A stretch of DNA of 64,000 bases from a virus. The notes below the pieces were generated by a model. It was not told the origin of the DNA. It searched no databases and saw only the letters and a list, made by a program, of their open reading frames with translations. The position numbers and the translations under genes are program-made. Below are positions 46,380 through 55,297 of the stretch, piece by piece (position 1 is the stretch's first letter; the number at the start of each line of letters is the position of its first letter). The stretch spans positions 1 to 64,000 of IMG/VR virus record IMGVR_UViG_3300010413_000011, one strand, 5' to 3'.

Positions 46380-47957
46380 ATGAAATGGAATGAAGGAATC
46401 TTTAAGGCAAGAGAATTTCCAGACGAGCCGTTGAGTATGTTTTCTTGCCTAGCGGAATTGTGTAATTCGCAACCATCGGTCCCCTGGAATTATGCTGGTC
46501 GAATGATTCGAGTAACCGAAAAAGTTTCGATCGACTACGAGATAATGAAATTCGTTCGCGCTTCGGCTGACGATCCCTCTGGATTTAGCCCCGGGTTCAT
46601 ATTCGAGAATGTTTCGAGTGAGATGGCACCAGATCCGAAAACGACTCGATATCCAATCTCTGTTGTCGCTGGAATGTATGGAACCGAGGCACGAGTAAGT
46701 CGTATATTGGATTGGTGTTTAGGAACCAAAGAAAAATTCGACTTAAGTACTCCGGCCTGGCGAAAATATCAGCGAGCGTTGAACAGAACGTCACATGGCG
46801 TGGTTCGGATTTTTCCCGAAAGAGACGACTTAGGTCATGTATACGACATTCGATACGAACTCCAAGACCTTCCGATTTGTCTTCACAACGAAAGAGACGG
46901 AGGTCGATTCATCACCGGAGGTGTCCAGATCGTCTGGGATCCGGAATTCGAATGTTATGTCTCTGGTATTCACCGAATGAAGGTCATCGATAAAAATACT
47001 CTCGGGTGTTTGGCTACCGGCGAAAGAAGGATCGGTAGAGCGATAATGAAATGGCATGAACGAGGATTTAAGGCACCTGTTATTACATTAATAGGAGCCG
47101 CACCTTGCGACGTTTTCGCGTCTCAAGCCAAAGTACCTCATAACACGGATAAGTATGCTGTCGCAGATCGCTTCACACCCGGAAACGAGAAGAGAGATTT
47201 TTGTGGTTGGACTCCTTCCAAACATGCGAAATACGCTCCCGACCACTTACATATTATCCCTACAGATTCTGAAATTGTTATTTTGGGATTAGTTCCATTA
47301 GGCGAACCGAACAAACCAAACCTTATTAACGACAACCCGTTTGGGGAATTTCCTGGTACCTATTCCTTTTCGAATACTTCCGCGGCTTGGAGAGTAGAAG
47401 TAGAATATGTTATGACCAGATCCGACGCACCGATCTATCAAACCATGACCACCGGATTCCCTGTGCTCGAGGATCATATTCTTTGTGGCACGGCGAATGT
47501 TCCTTACCTCTTCGAAATTCTTCAAAGAGCCTGTTCAGAAGTGGTCGATATTAGCTTGGGAAAAGAAGGCAACTATGTTTTCGATGCTCACGTTTCCATT
47601 AAAAAGAGAATGTCTGGCGAAGCGCGCAATGTTATTTTAGCAGCGCTCTCGACCGTCACTATAAAAAGTGTTTGGATATACGACGACGACATCGACGTTC
47701 ATAATCCTCGTGACCGGCAGTTCGCATGGAACACGAGATACCAGCCTGCGACCGATACAATTATTATTGGCCATCCTTTGGTTGGTTCGAGTCTCGATCC
47801 ATCTTGTCCTGTCTTTCGGCACACGACTAAGGTAGGTTTTGACTGTACCAAACCTTTAGGTCAGGAGGATCGATACAAAAAGGCTTTGTGGCCAAAGGAT
47901 GAAATAGAAATCTATTCGAAAAAAGTACTCGATTTAATCGATAAGTGGGAGGACTAA
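46380..47957 (+). CDS. ubiD: UbiD-family (prFMN-dependent) reversible decarboxylase
   Basis: DLP..HNERDGGRFIT, GIHRM, PFGEFPGTY, DDDIDV..FAWNTR.QP..D, LDPS, KVGFDCTKP. Confidence 0.9.
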   Translation: MKWNEGIFKAREFPDEPLSMFSCLAELCNSQPSVPWNYAGRMIRVTEKVSIDYEIMKFVRASADDPSGFSPGFIFENVSSEMAPDPKTTRYPISVVAGMYGTEARVSRILDWCLGTKEKFDLSTPAWRKYQRALNRTSHGVVRIFPERDDLGHVYDIRYELQDLPICLHNERDGGRFITGGVQIVWDPEFECYVSGIHRMKVIDKNTLGCLATGERRIGRAIMKWHERGFKAPVITLIGAAPCDVFASQAKVPHNTDKYAVADRFTPGNEKRDFCGWTPSKHAKYAPDHLHIIPTDSEIVILGLVPLGEPNKPNLINDNPFGEFPGTYSFSNTSAAWRVEVEYVMTRSDAPIYQTMTTGFPVLEDHILCGTANVPYLFEILQRACSEVVDISLGKEGNYVFDAHVSIKKRMSGEARNVILAALSTVTIKSVWIYDDDIDVHNPRDRQFAWNTRYQPATDTIIIGHPLVGSSLDPSCPVFRHTTKVGFDCTKPLGQEDRYKKALWPKDEIEIYSKKVLDLIDKWED

Positions 47958-47958
47958 A

Positions 47959-48363
47959 ATGGCAAAGAAGAAAAGTTTAAACAATAGGGAAAGGGAAATC
48001 GGACGTAAGTTAGGAGTTACCCGGAGGGCTGAACACGACTATGCGACAGAGTTTGATCCTTTCGAACAAGGATACCGAGAGTCCATGGAACACGAGTCTG
48101 ACGAATTCAAATACGTTCTGCCCGGATGTTTCGGTAGGATGAATTTTTGGCCTCCTCGAGAAGAGTTGAAGGCCGTGTCTGGCATGGACGAAGGTTTCGT
48201 AATTCAAAAGGGAGTTGCTCAGTATTTGGAAGGTGAGAGACAAGCCGGGATTGTCAAAAAGTGTTTAGGTTGTTCTCAATACCAGCGATGTGCTTTGGCT
48301 ACCGTAGTTGGTAAAACTTCCTCAATCCGAGAGAAAACTAAACCTACTCCCGTAGACGAATAA
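47959..48363 (+). CDS. Hypothetical Cys-containing protein
   Basis: GGGAGG RBS; PGCFG...CLGC....C motif. Confidence 0.6.
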   Translation: MAKKKSLNNREREIGRKLGVTRRAEHDYATEFDPFEQGYRESMEHESDEFKYVLPGCFGRMNFWPPREELKAVSGMDEGFVIQKGVAQYLEGERQAGIVKKCLGCSQYQRCALATVVGKTSSIREKTKPTPVDE

Positions 48364-48383
48364 TTTTTGAGACAGGAGGAATT

Positions 48384-49349
48384 ATGAAAATCGAATTAAT
48401 GCGCCACACGGTTGAACCAGAAGAGCTGTTGGAAGAACTGGTAGAGCTTAGTTACCGGACGCAACACTTCCCGAAACACCCTGCTCTTGTCGAATTTAAG
48501 AGTGGTCGTCAAGTTCCTTTGACCCAATTGAAAAATCTTACCATGATTCCGAAACCCGGTACTGTGATCCCTGGGTTTGAAAAAGACGACGTAGAAGTTG
48601 TTAAGGTGATCCCCAGGACAGCAGAGAAGGCAGTCAGGTTCGCCATCGCCATCGGACATTTCGCTTTGTTCCGTCAGGTAACTGTAACCTGGAGAGTCGA
48701 ACTCAGCAGGAAATCTGTTCTTCATTATTTGAGATACCAACATACAGCAGAGAACATGGTGTCACAAAAATACCTCGACCAAGGTCAGTTCGAATTTATA
48801 ATGCCGACAACCCGAGATTATCCTCCCGAGGAACTCATGGTCTATAAAGAAGCAATGCAAACGATTCAGTCATATTATGAACGCCTTCGGAATTTCGGCT
48901 GGGACCCGGAGGATGCTCGACTGGTTTACCCGAACTCTGCTCTTCAAAAATTTATCTTCACCGCTAATATGGAAACCATGCGTCGGCTATTTGATATCCT
49001 ATGCGACGAGGACTACGTCGATGAGATGCATCGGTTCGGTTTGGCCATGTTGGCTACCATTAAAAAAGTTATGCCAGCGTTCGTATATGATTACAGATTC
49101 TATTCGAGGAATGACGACGGACATATTTATGCGAAGCGTCGGAGAAGAAAAGGTGGAGACAACGTTAAAGTGAATTGGACTGATCCGAATTGGATGGAGG
49201 AAGATGAGAAACGAGAAACCGACGAAGTTTGTCGACTCCAAGAAAAAATACCTAATGAGTTAATAAATTTTGCGAATGAAGGTCAACGATTCTTCACTGT
49301 AGTTCCTGAAAACGAAATTCCAGAACCGGAACATTGGGAAACAGAATGA
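48384..49349 (+). CDS. ThyX-fold flavoprotein with non-canonical active-site motifs
   Basis: GH......T, SR, RYQ-X7-SQKY (canonical RHR-X7-S.RY), EDARLVYPN, TAN. Confidence 0.75.
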   Translation: MKIELMRHTVEPEELLEELVELSYRTQHFPKHPALVEFKSGRQVPLTQLKNLTMIPKPGTVIPGFEKDDVEVVKVIPRTAEKAVRFAIAIGHFALFRQVTVTWRVELSRKSVLHYLRYQHTAENMVSQKYLDQGQFEFIMPTTRDYPPEELMVYKEAMQTIQSYYERLRNFGWDPEDARLVYPNSALQKFIFTANMETMRRLFDILCDEDYVDEMHRFGLAMLATIKKVMPAFVYDYRFYSRNDDGHIYAKRRRRKGGDNVKVNWTDPNWMEEDEKRETDEVCRLQEKIPNELINFANEGQRFFTVVPENEIPEPEHWETE

Positions 49350-49525
49350 AAGTAGTCGCAACACAACTAAAACTCGAGAACATAGAAATTCTCCACAATG
49401 CGAAGAAGGGAGATACGCTCTCCCTAAAAATAATTAATACGCAGGAAGTGCCACTTGATGAAGACGGACTCGACCCAGACAGCTGTCTCTTGGTTCTCTT
49501 CGGACGATTGGGAACCGGGAACTAA
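49346..49525 (+). CDS. Small hypothetical protein
   Basis: ATGA coupling to the ThyX-like stop; overlaps the start of the next gene. Confidence 0.4.
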   Translation: MKVVATQLKLENIEILHNAKKGDTLSLKIINTQEVPLDEDGLDPDSCLLVLFGRLGTGN

Positions 49526-50597
49526 CGATAGAATAGGTTTTGAAAAAGTTTGCAATAAAGGAGTGCGCCGAGACACTTACAACGGTTTATACTTTAAGGG
49601 TGGATCAGGCGCCTCTGAATTTTTCAAAACCGAGCCAGATCAAAAGCAGATCAAAATTCATCGAACCAAGATCTTCTTAACCACTACTCGAGCACAACAC
49701 ATGTGGGGCCTTCTCGACGCGAACTACCCTTACATTTTAATGTCGTTTTGGTACTACAAGACCGTGACAAATGTTTTCGGTTCCCTCCGGAATGCCTTTG
49801 CTGCTCGAGATAAAAACATCGACGATTTCGAAATTATGGTAGATAGCGGCTCGTACAGTGCTACGGTCAAAGGTACCTCGGTAGATCTGGATACTTATAT
49901 TGAATGGCTCTACCACGAAGAGGATAATGTCGATTGGTATGTTAACCTCGATACTCAGTTCAAACCAGAAGAGGGACTTCGAAACTGGGCGATCCTTTGT
50001 GCGAACGGATTACATGACGCCATTCATGTCCACCATAGACCAGAGCCTTGGAAGTACTGGGATATTATAGCAGATCATTGTGGAGAGTTTGGAGGTCTTA
50101 GTCCGATGCCTCGAGCAAAGAGAGGCGTTAAACTCGAGTACTTTACCAAAGCTCATTCAATGCACCCACAGAAGAAACTTCATTGGTTTGGCTCTGTCGA
50201 TAAAGAGTTGGCCAAAATGTTCGATGTATATTCTATGGACTGCTCGAGTGCTGACGCGGTCGCTTATCGCGGGATTGTTTGGACTCCTTGGGGAGCGGTT
50301 AACCTGGGTTTTAACCCGAACTACAGTAATCACATTGATCGCTTACCTCTTGACATCCGCTCTAAGGTCACCGAATGGTTTATGACACATGGTTTTGAGC
50401 TTCATGATTTAAGGCCCGGGAGACCCTATATGCCTTCGCATAGATTCAGAATTTATTTCAACGCACTGGGTTATCTCGCGTCCATGGTCGAGATTGAAAA
50501 AGAGAAAAGTTTAATTGAGTTACCAGATCCAGAATGGATTCGGTCTTCGGAAATTTATACTAATTATGAAAGTGAGTTACCAAAAGGATGGAAGTGA
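49458..50597 (+). CDS. dpdA: DpdA/TGT-like DNA base-exchange transglycosylase (paralogue 1)
   Basis: LMSFWY, IMVDSGSYS, YVNLD, HVHH, GLS, LHWFG, YSMDCSS. Confidence 0.75.
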   Translation: MKTDSTQTAVSWFSSDDWEPGTNDRIGFEKVCNKGVRRDTYNGLYFKGGSGASEFFKTEPDQKQIKIHRTKIFLTTTRAQHMWGLLDANYPYILMSFWYYKTVTNVFGSLRNAFAARDKNIDDFEIMVDSGSYSATVKGTSVDLDTYIEWLYHEEDNVDWYVNLDTQFKPEEGLRNWAILCANGLHDAIHVHHRPEPWKYWDIIADHCGEFGGLSPMPRAKRGVKLEYFTKAHSMHPQKKLHWFGSVDKELAKMFDVYSMDCSSADAVAYRGIVWTPWGAVNLGFNPNYSNHIDRLPLDIRSKVTEWFMTHGFELHDLRPGRPYMPSHRFRIYFNALGYLASMVEIEKEKSLIELPDPEWIRSSEIYTNYESELPKGWK

Positions 50598-50824
50598 TGG
50601 CAACCTCGTATTTTAGAGGTCACAAAGGTTGGTACGACAATATTGAAAAAGTATGGAAGTATTTCGATACCAATCTTCCTATCGATCCTCGTCGCCCTTG
50701 TGTCCGATGTGGTAAAGAACCCACTCCCGAAGGTCATGACGCGTGTTTGGGACGGCTAGACGGTGCGTGGTCAGCCTGTTGTGGTCATGGAGTAATAGAA
50801 CCATATTTAAAAATTACATTATGA
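50597..50824 (+). CDS. Small Cys/His-rich phage protein
   Basis: FRGH..RPCVRCG..GHDACLG..ACCGHG. Confidence 0.6.
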   Translation: MATSYFRGHKGWYDNIEKVWKYFDTNLPIDPRRPCVRCGKEPTPEGHDACLGRLDGAWSACCGHGVIEPYLKITL

Positions 50825-51843
50825 GAAACCCTACAACATTTAAAGTCGGAACCGGTCGAGTCATGGTCCCGCACGATCACAAAAAGACTCGACTTTTTCT
50901 TGCCGTTAGTAACATGACAAGTTTTAGACCGATCGTCCGCTATACCTATCCATATCTTTTGATGAGTTATGCCTTTCTGAGAAGGTGGTGTCGGAGTTGG
51001 CGCTGTAACTCGATGAAGGAACTCTTTGCTTTATATGGTGGTGACATTCGAGACTTCAAAATAATGATTGACAGCGGTTCCTATACAGTCACGACTAAAG
51101 GAATTAATATAACAATTGACGACTATATAGAATTCCTATATGAAGAATGGGGTTCCTATAATTGGTATGTCAATTTGGATCTCCAATTTAAACCCGAAGT
51201 TGGCCTCGAGAACTATTTAATAATGTGCGCCAACGGCCTTCACGACGCAATTCATGTTCATCACCGACCGGAACCCTGGAAGTATTGGGATATGATTTGT
51301 AACGATATGGGTCCGTATGCCGGGCTCAGTCCCATGCCCAGGGCTTCAATGACGATCAAGAGAGAATATTTTTTGAAGGCCCATTCAATGCATCCCGATG
51401 TAAAAGTTCATTGGTTTGGGTCTGGCGCAATAACATTAATCAAACAGTTCGGTCCTTACTCTGTAGATGTTTCCTCTTATACTCAGATGGCTGGAATGGG
51501 TCATTGCTATTTTCCTTTTGGTACTTTCTACTTTGGTAGAAATACTTCGATTAAAAATTATTATGGAAACCTCGATAGTTCAATTCGAAAACAAATAAGA
51601 AAGTATCTCAAAACCGTTCCCCATTTTGTCGAAGATCGATTTATTAAACCCGAAGATCTGTTGTCACCAGTTCAAGATGAAACGGAAGCTCGTACCGCAG
51701 TCAATGTATGGTACTTCATGACTCATCTTCAATCGGCAATAAACGAAGAAAGAAATCTTTTGTCTCTTGAGGATGGTGACTTAATTCGCTACTCACCGTG
51801 GTATCACGGATGGGAAGATAAACCAATAGAGAAATGGAGTTGA
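50821..51843 (+). CDS. dpdA: DpdA/TGT-like DNA base-exchange transglycosylase (paralogue 2)
   Basis: LMSYAF, IMIDSGSYT, YVNLD, HVHH, GLS, VHWFG, YSVDVSSY; long identical blocks shared with paralogue 1. Confidence 0.75.
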   Translation: MRNPTTFKVGTGRVMVPHDHKKTRLFLAVSNMTSFRPIVRYTYPYLLMSYAFLRRWCRSWRCNSMKELFALYGGDIRDFKIMIDSGSYTVTTKGINITIDDYIEFLYEEWGSYNWYVNLDLQFKPEVGLENYLIMCANGLHDAIHVHHRPEPWKYWDMICNDMGPYAGLSPMPRASMTIKREYFLKAHSMHPDVKVHWFGSGAITLIKQFGPYSVDVSSYTQMAGMGHCYFPFGTFYFGRNTSIKNYYGNLDSSIRKQIRKYLKTVPHFVEDRFIKPEDLLSPVQDETEARTAVNVWYFMTHLQSAINEERNLLSLEDGDLIRYSPWYHGWEDKPIEKWS

Positions 51844-51846
51844 AAA

Positions 51847-53961
51847 ATGACAGAATTGAATCCAAACGTTGTAACGTTATTGAAAAAAAGATACCTAAAA
51901 ATAAAAGAGGACGGATCACAAGAAACACCCGACGAGATGTTCGAGCGCGTTGCCAAACACGTCGGTGGCGCTGTATCCGTTGGAGCTTGGGAAGTGTTTA
52001 AATCAGTCCTCTGCGAATGGGATAGCGCCACAACTTATTTCGAAGAAGTAATAAAAAGTTTACATTTTATGCCTAGCACCCCTTGTTTGATGAATGCCGG
52101 TTCTCCAAACGGTCAACTATCTGCCTGTTTTGTTTTGCCGGTCAAGGACACCTTGTTAGGACCTGGGTCGATCATGGGAACTCTCCAAGATATGGTAGCC
52201 GTTCATCGATCTGGCGGAGGGACCGGATTCGATTTCTCTAACACAAGGCCGAAAGGAGCAACAGTTTGGTCGACCGGAGGGAAGACGGATGGACCTCTGG
52301 CATGGATTTCAATTTACGATGAGGCGTCTGAAGCTGTCAAACAAGGCGGTAAACGACATGGTGCGAATATGGGAATCCTAAGTATCCACCATCCCGACAT
52401 ACTCAGTTTTATAAAAGCTAAACAAGAAAGTGGCAAGTACGAAAATTTCAATTTTAGCGTTGCCGTTACAGACGAGTTTATGGACATGCTAAAAGAAAAT
52501 CCTGGTGAAAACTGGTCTGCGTTTTTCGATAACGGGGATGAATTGATTCGCGAGGAGTTCAATGTTGGTGAACTCTGGAATTCACTTTGTCAATCGGCGT
52601 GGGAGAGCGGTGAACCAGGAGTTTTCTTCATTGATGTCGTTAACGAATTTAATCCTTTTGAGGAAAAAATAACTTCGACCAATCCGTGTGGTGAACAACC
52701 TTTGTTACCGTATGAGTCTTGTAATTTAGGTCATATTAATTTGTCGAAGTTATATGATCCTAATGGCGAAGACTTTATTAATCATGAGTCATTCAGAAAA
52801 CTTTGTTGGTTGGCAGTTTTATTTCTTGACTCTTGTATTGACATCAATTGTTATCCAATAAAACAAATTGAGACCGCTACCTTCAACACAAGAAAAATAG
52901 GAGTTGGAGTTTTAGGCTTTGCCGATTTATTATTGAAGGCAGGAGTACCTTACTCTTCTGATCGAGCTGTCGAAATTGCAGATGTGATTGCTTCGTCTCT
53001 TACCAGATATACAGATCAAGCATCAACAGTTCTCGGTAAAGCTCTAGGTAACTACCCTGCCGTCGTTATGTGTAAAGATGTAAGTCGAAGAAAACACTTT
53101 CCGAAACGGCGAAACCTTACAACAACTACGATCGCTCCAACGGGCATTACTTCTTGGATATGTGGTGCTTCGTCAGCTATTGAACCGGTGTTCGCTTGGG
53201 AAACAGACAAATATGTTCTCGAGCAGACTATGAAAGAGGTTCATCCTATCTATAAAAAATGGCGTGAAGAGAATCCTCCTAATACAGTAAATTTACCAGA
53301 ATATTTTGAAGTCGCTCACGACATACCGGCCGAGCAACATGTTAAGGTCCAAGCGGCTTTTCAAAAACATATTCACTCGGGAGTATCGAAAACAATTAAT
53401 CTCCCCGAGTCGGCAACGCCCGAAGACATTTCAAACATTTATAAATTTGCTTGGGAATTAGGATGTAAGGGAGTTACGATCTACCGAGATATGAGCAGAG
53501 ACAATCAGGTACTTGCTAAAAAAGGTTCTCGGATTAAACAAGTCGACGTAGAACGACCGGATTCAATACCAGGAGAAATTCATAAAATTCAGGTAGACAT
53601 TGGTAAGGAGAAATTATCTAACGTTTATTGTGCGGTCGGTTTCAAAGAACAGGGTGTACCATTCGAGGTTTTCATAATTGCTCATCCAAAAGGAATGAAA
53701 GATGTTCAATTTATGGAAACTCTTACTCGATGCGTTTCTCTCTGCCTAAGATATAAAGTTCCCCTGCCCTCCCTTATTAAACAGTTGAAAAAAGTAGAGG
53801 GTACAGCCCTGGGTTCTCTACCGACTGAAATTGCTCGAGTCCTCGAGTTGTATACAGAGAACCCGACCTGGGTTTGTCCAGAATGTAATTGTCGACAACC
53901 GATCGAAGGAATCACTCGGTGTCGAACTTGTAGGAATTGTAATCACCAAGAGTGCGGATAA
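51847..53961 (+). CDS. nrdJ: Class II (B12-dependent) ribonucleotide reductase
   Basis: [57 protein letters not shown]; C-terminal extension with Zn ribbon; no small subunit gene nearby. Confidence 0.92.
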   Translation: MTELNPNVVTLLKKRYLKIKEDGSQETPDEMFERVAKHVGGAVSVGAWEVFKSVLCEWDSATTYFEEVIKSLHFMPSTPCLMNAGSPNGQLSACFVLPVKDTLLGPGSIMGTLQDMVAVHRSGGGTGFDFSNTRPKGATVWSTGGKTDGPLAWISIYDEASEAVKQGGKRHGANMGILSIHHPDILSFIKAKQESGKYENFNFSVAVTDEFMDMLKENPGENWSAFFDNGDELIREEFNVGELWNSLCQSAWESGEPGVFFIDVVNEFNPFEEKITSTNPCGEQPLLPYESCNLGHINLSKLYDPNGEDFINHESFRKLCWLAVLFLDSCIDINCYPIKQIETATFNTRKIGVGVLGFADLLLKAGVPYSSDRAVEIADVIASSLTRYTDQASTVLGKALGNYPAVVMCKDVSRRKHFPKRRNLTTTTIAPTGITSWICGASSAIEPVFAWETDKYVLEQTMKEVHPIYKKWREENPPNTVNLPEYFEVAHDIPAEQHVKVQAAFQKHIHSGVSKTINLPESATPEDISNIYKFAWELGCKGVTIYRDMSRDNQVLAKKGSRIKQVDVERPDSIPGEIHKIQVDIGKEKLSNVYCAVGFKEQGVPFEVFIIAHPKGMKDVQFMETLTRCVSLCLRYKVPLPSLIKQLKKVEGTALGSLPTEIARVLELYTENPTWVCPECNCRQPIEGITRCRTCRNCNHQECG

Positions 53962-53971
53962 GGAGGAAACC

Positions 53972-54211
53972 ATGATTAACATTCAATGTGGTTGTTGCGA
54001 AAAAGTATTCAGACCAAGCCTCGAGGACCTTGACGTTTTTACAGGGCCTGACGGGTACCTTCACATTCGGTTCAGCTGTTCTAACTGTAACGAGTTGTCA
54101 ATTTGGAGGTCTGGGCAGAAGGGTCAGGTCGAGCAGGACAAGATAGCTGACCTAAGGAAAATGGAGGCACACGAAAAAACAAAGGCGAGGCAAGCCGGAA
54201 TAAAGGTTTAG
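53972..54211 (+). CDS. Small zinc-ribbon protein
   Basis: AGGAGG RBS; CGCC...CSNC. Confidence 0.6.
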   Translation: MINIQCGCCEKVFRPSLEDLDVFTGPDGYLHIRFSCSNCNELSIWRSGQKGQVEQDKIADLRKMEAHEKTKARQAGIKV

Positions 54212-54298
54212 TTATGGCTTGGACAAAAATAGAGGCGGCTGAAACAAATATTACTCATCATGGGACAGAGACATTATTCGACGACATAAGGAGTTATA

Positions 54299-55294
54299 AT
54301 GGCGAAAAAATTCAAAAAGAAAAAGAGCAGTCTGAAAAAGGATGCAGAGGCTATTGCCAAAGAATTTGGCGAGTCTGTATTAATTTTGGATCCCGATTCC
54401 GCAGACGACGTTCTCGTTAAAGGAGTACCGTCGTTCTCTACTGGATCGATGGCCCTAGACCTTTGTCTGGGTACCGGAGGAGTTCCGGTAGGTCGAATCG
54501 TAGAGGTCTTCGGTCCTGAGGCGGGAGGAAAAACAACTCTGGCGTTACATATTGTCGCCTCCTGTCAGAAGGAAGGCAACCTCGCGGCGTATATAGACGC
54601 CGAGCATGCTCTTGACCTTCGGTATGCCCAGAAGATTGGAGTCGATACTGCTGCCCTTCTTTTCTCTCAACCTGATAGTGGAGAGCAGGCTTTACAATTG
54701 GCTGACAAACTATGTTCCAAAAAGCAGATCAGCGTTATCGTTATCGACTCGGTTGCGGCCTTAATACCAAAGGCAGAGTTGGAAGGTGAAGTAGGCGAGT
54801 CTAAAGGCGGTATGGCTCTACACGCTCGATTAATGTCTCAGTCACTTCGCCGACTAAATCTGAAGGCTTCGAAAACCAAGACCCTCGTAATTTTTATCAA
54901 CCAAATAAGAGAGAAACCAGGCGTTATGTTTGGCAACCCGGAGACGACAACCGGTGGTAACGCTCTCAAGTTCTATGCTTCGGTGCGATTAAGGATCTCG
55001 AGATCGAAAAGTATGAAGCAGGGAAATAAGATAGTTGGCTTCAATACGAAGGTCCAGGTAGCCAAAAATAAATTGAGTGCTCCTTACAAAACCGCTAACC
55101 TTCAATTACTTTTCTCTCAAGGTTTCGATGAGACCTTTGGGATTGCTGATGCTCTGGTAACAATGAACCTTTGTAGAAAATCGAAACGCGGGCTCAAGAT
55201 TTTATTCGGAGACCAAAAAGGAGAGTTCCTCGAGGAGGACTCCGAAGAGTTGGTCGAGTTCGCAAAAGAGATTTTGGATGAGTTGAAGGAATAG
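54299..55294 (+). CDS. recA: RecA recombinase
   Basis: GRIVEVFGPEAGGKTT, IDAEHALD, DSVAAL, INQIREK.G, GGNALKFYASVR. Confidence 0.96.
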   Translation: MAKKFKKKKSSLKKDAEAIAKEFGESVLILDPDSADDVLVKGVPSFSTGSMALDLCLGTGGVPVGRIVEVFGPEAGGKTTLALHIVASCQKEGNLAAYIDAEHALDLRYAQKIGVDTAALLFSQPDSGEQALQLADKLCSKKQISVIVIDSVAALIPKAELEGEVGESKGGMALHARLMSQSLRRLNLKASKTKTLVIFINQIREKPGVMFGNPETTTGGNALKFYASVRLRISRSKSMKQGNKIVGFNTKVQVAKNKLSAPYKTANLQLLFSQGFDETFGIADALVTMNLCRKSKRGLKILFGDQKGEFLEEDSEELVEFAKEILDELKE

Positions 55295-55297
55295 AAA

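Noticed and set aside
43552-47957. AOR/UbiD as flanking host DNA or a prophage boundary
   Set aside because: The genes abut or overlap phage genes on both sides, are interleaved with small phage-type ORFs, share the TCGA-rich style, and no att site or integrase is visible. An assembly chimera cannot be fully excluded without reads.
54214-54420. 68-aa ORF before recA
   Set aside because: Overlaps recA by about 120 nt out of frame, has a weak RBS and no recognisable motif.
37701-55294. Inteins or introns in polA, nrdJ or recA
   Set aside because: Lengths and motif spacing are continuous; no splice-junction or LAGLIDADG motifs were seen.
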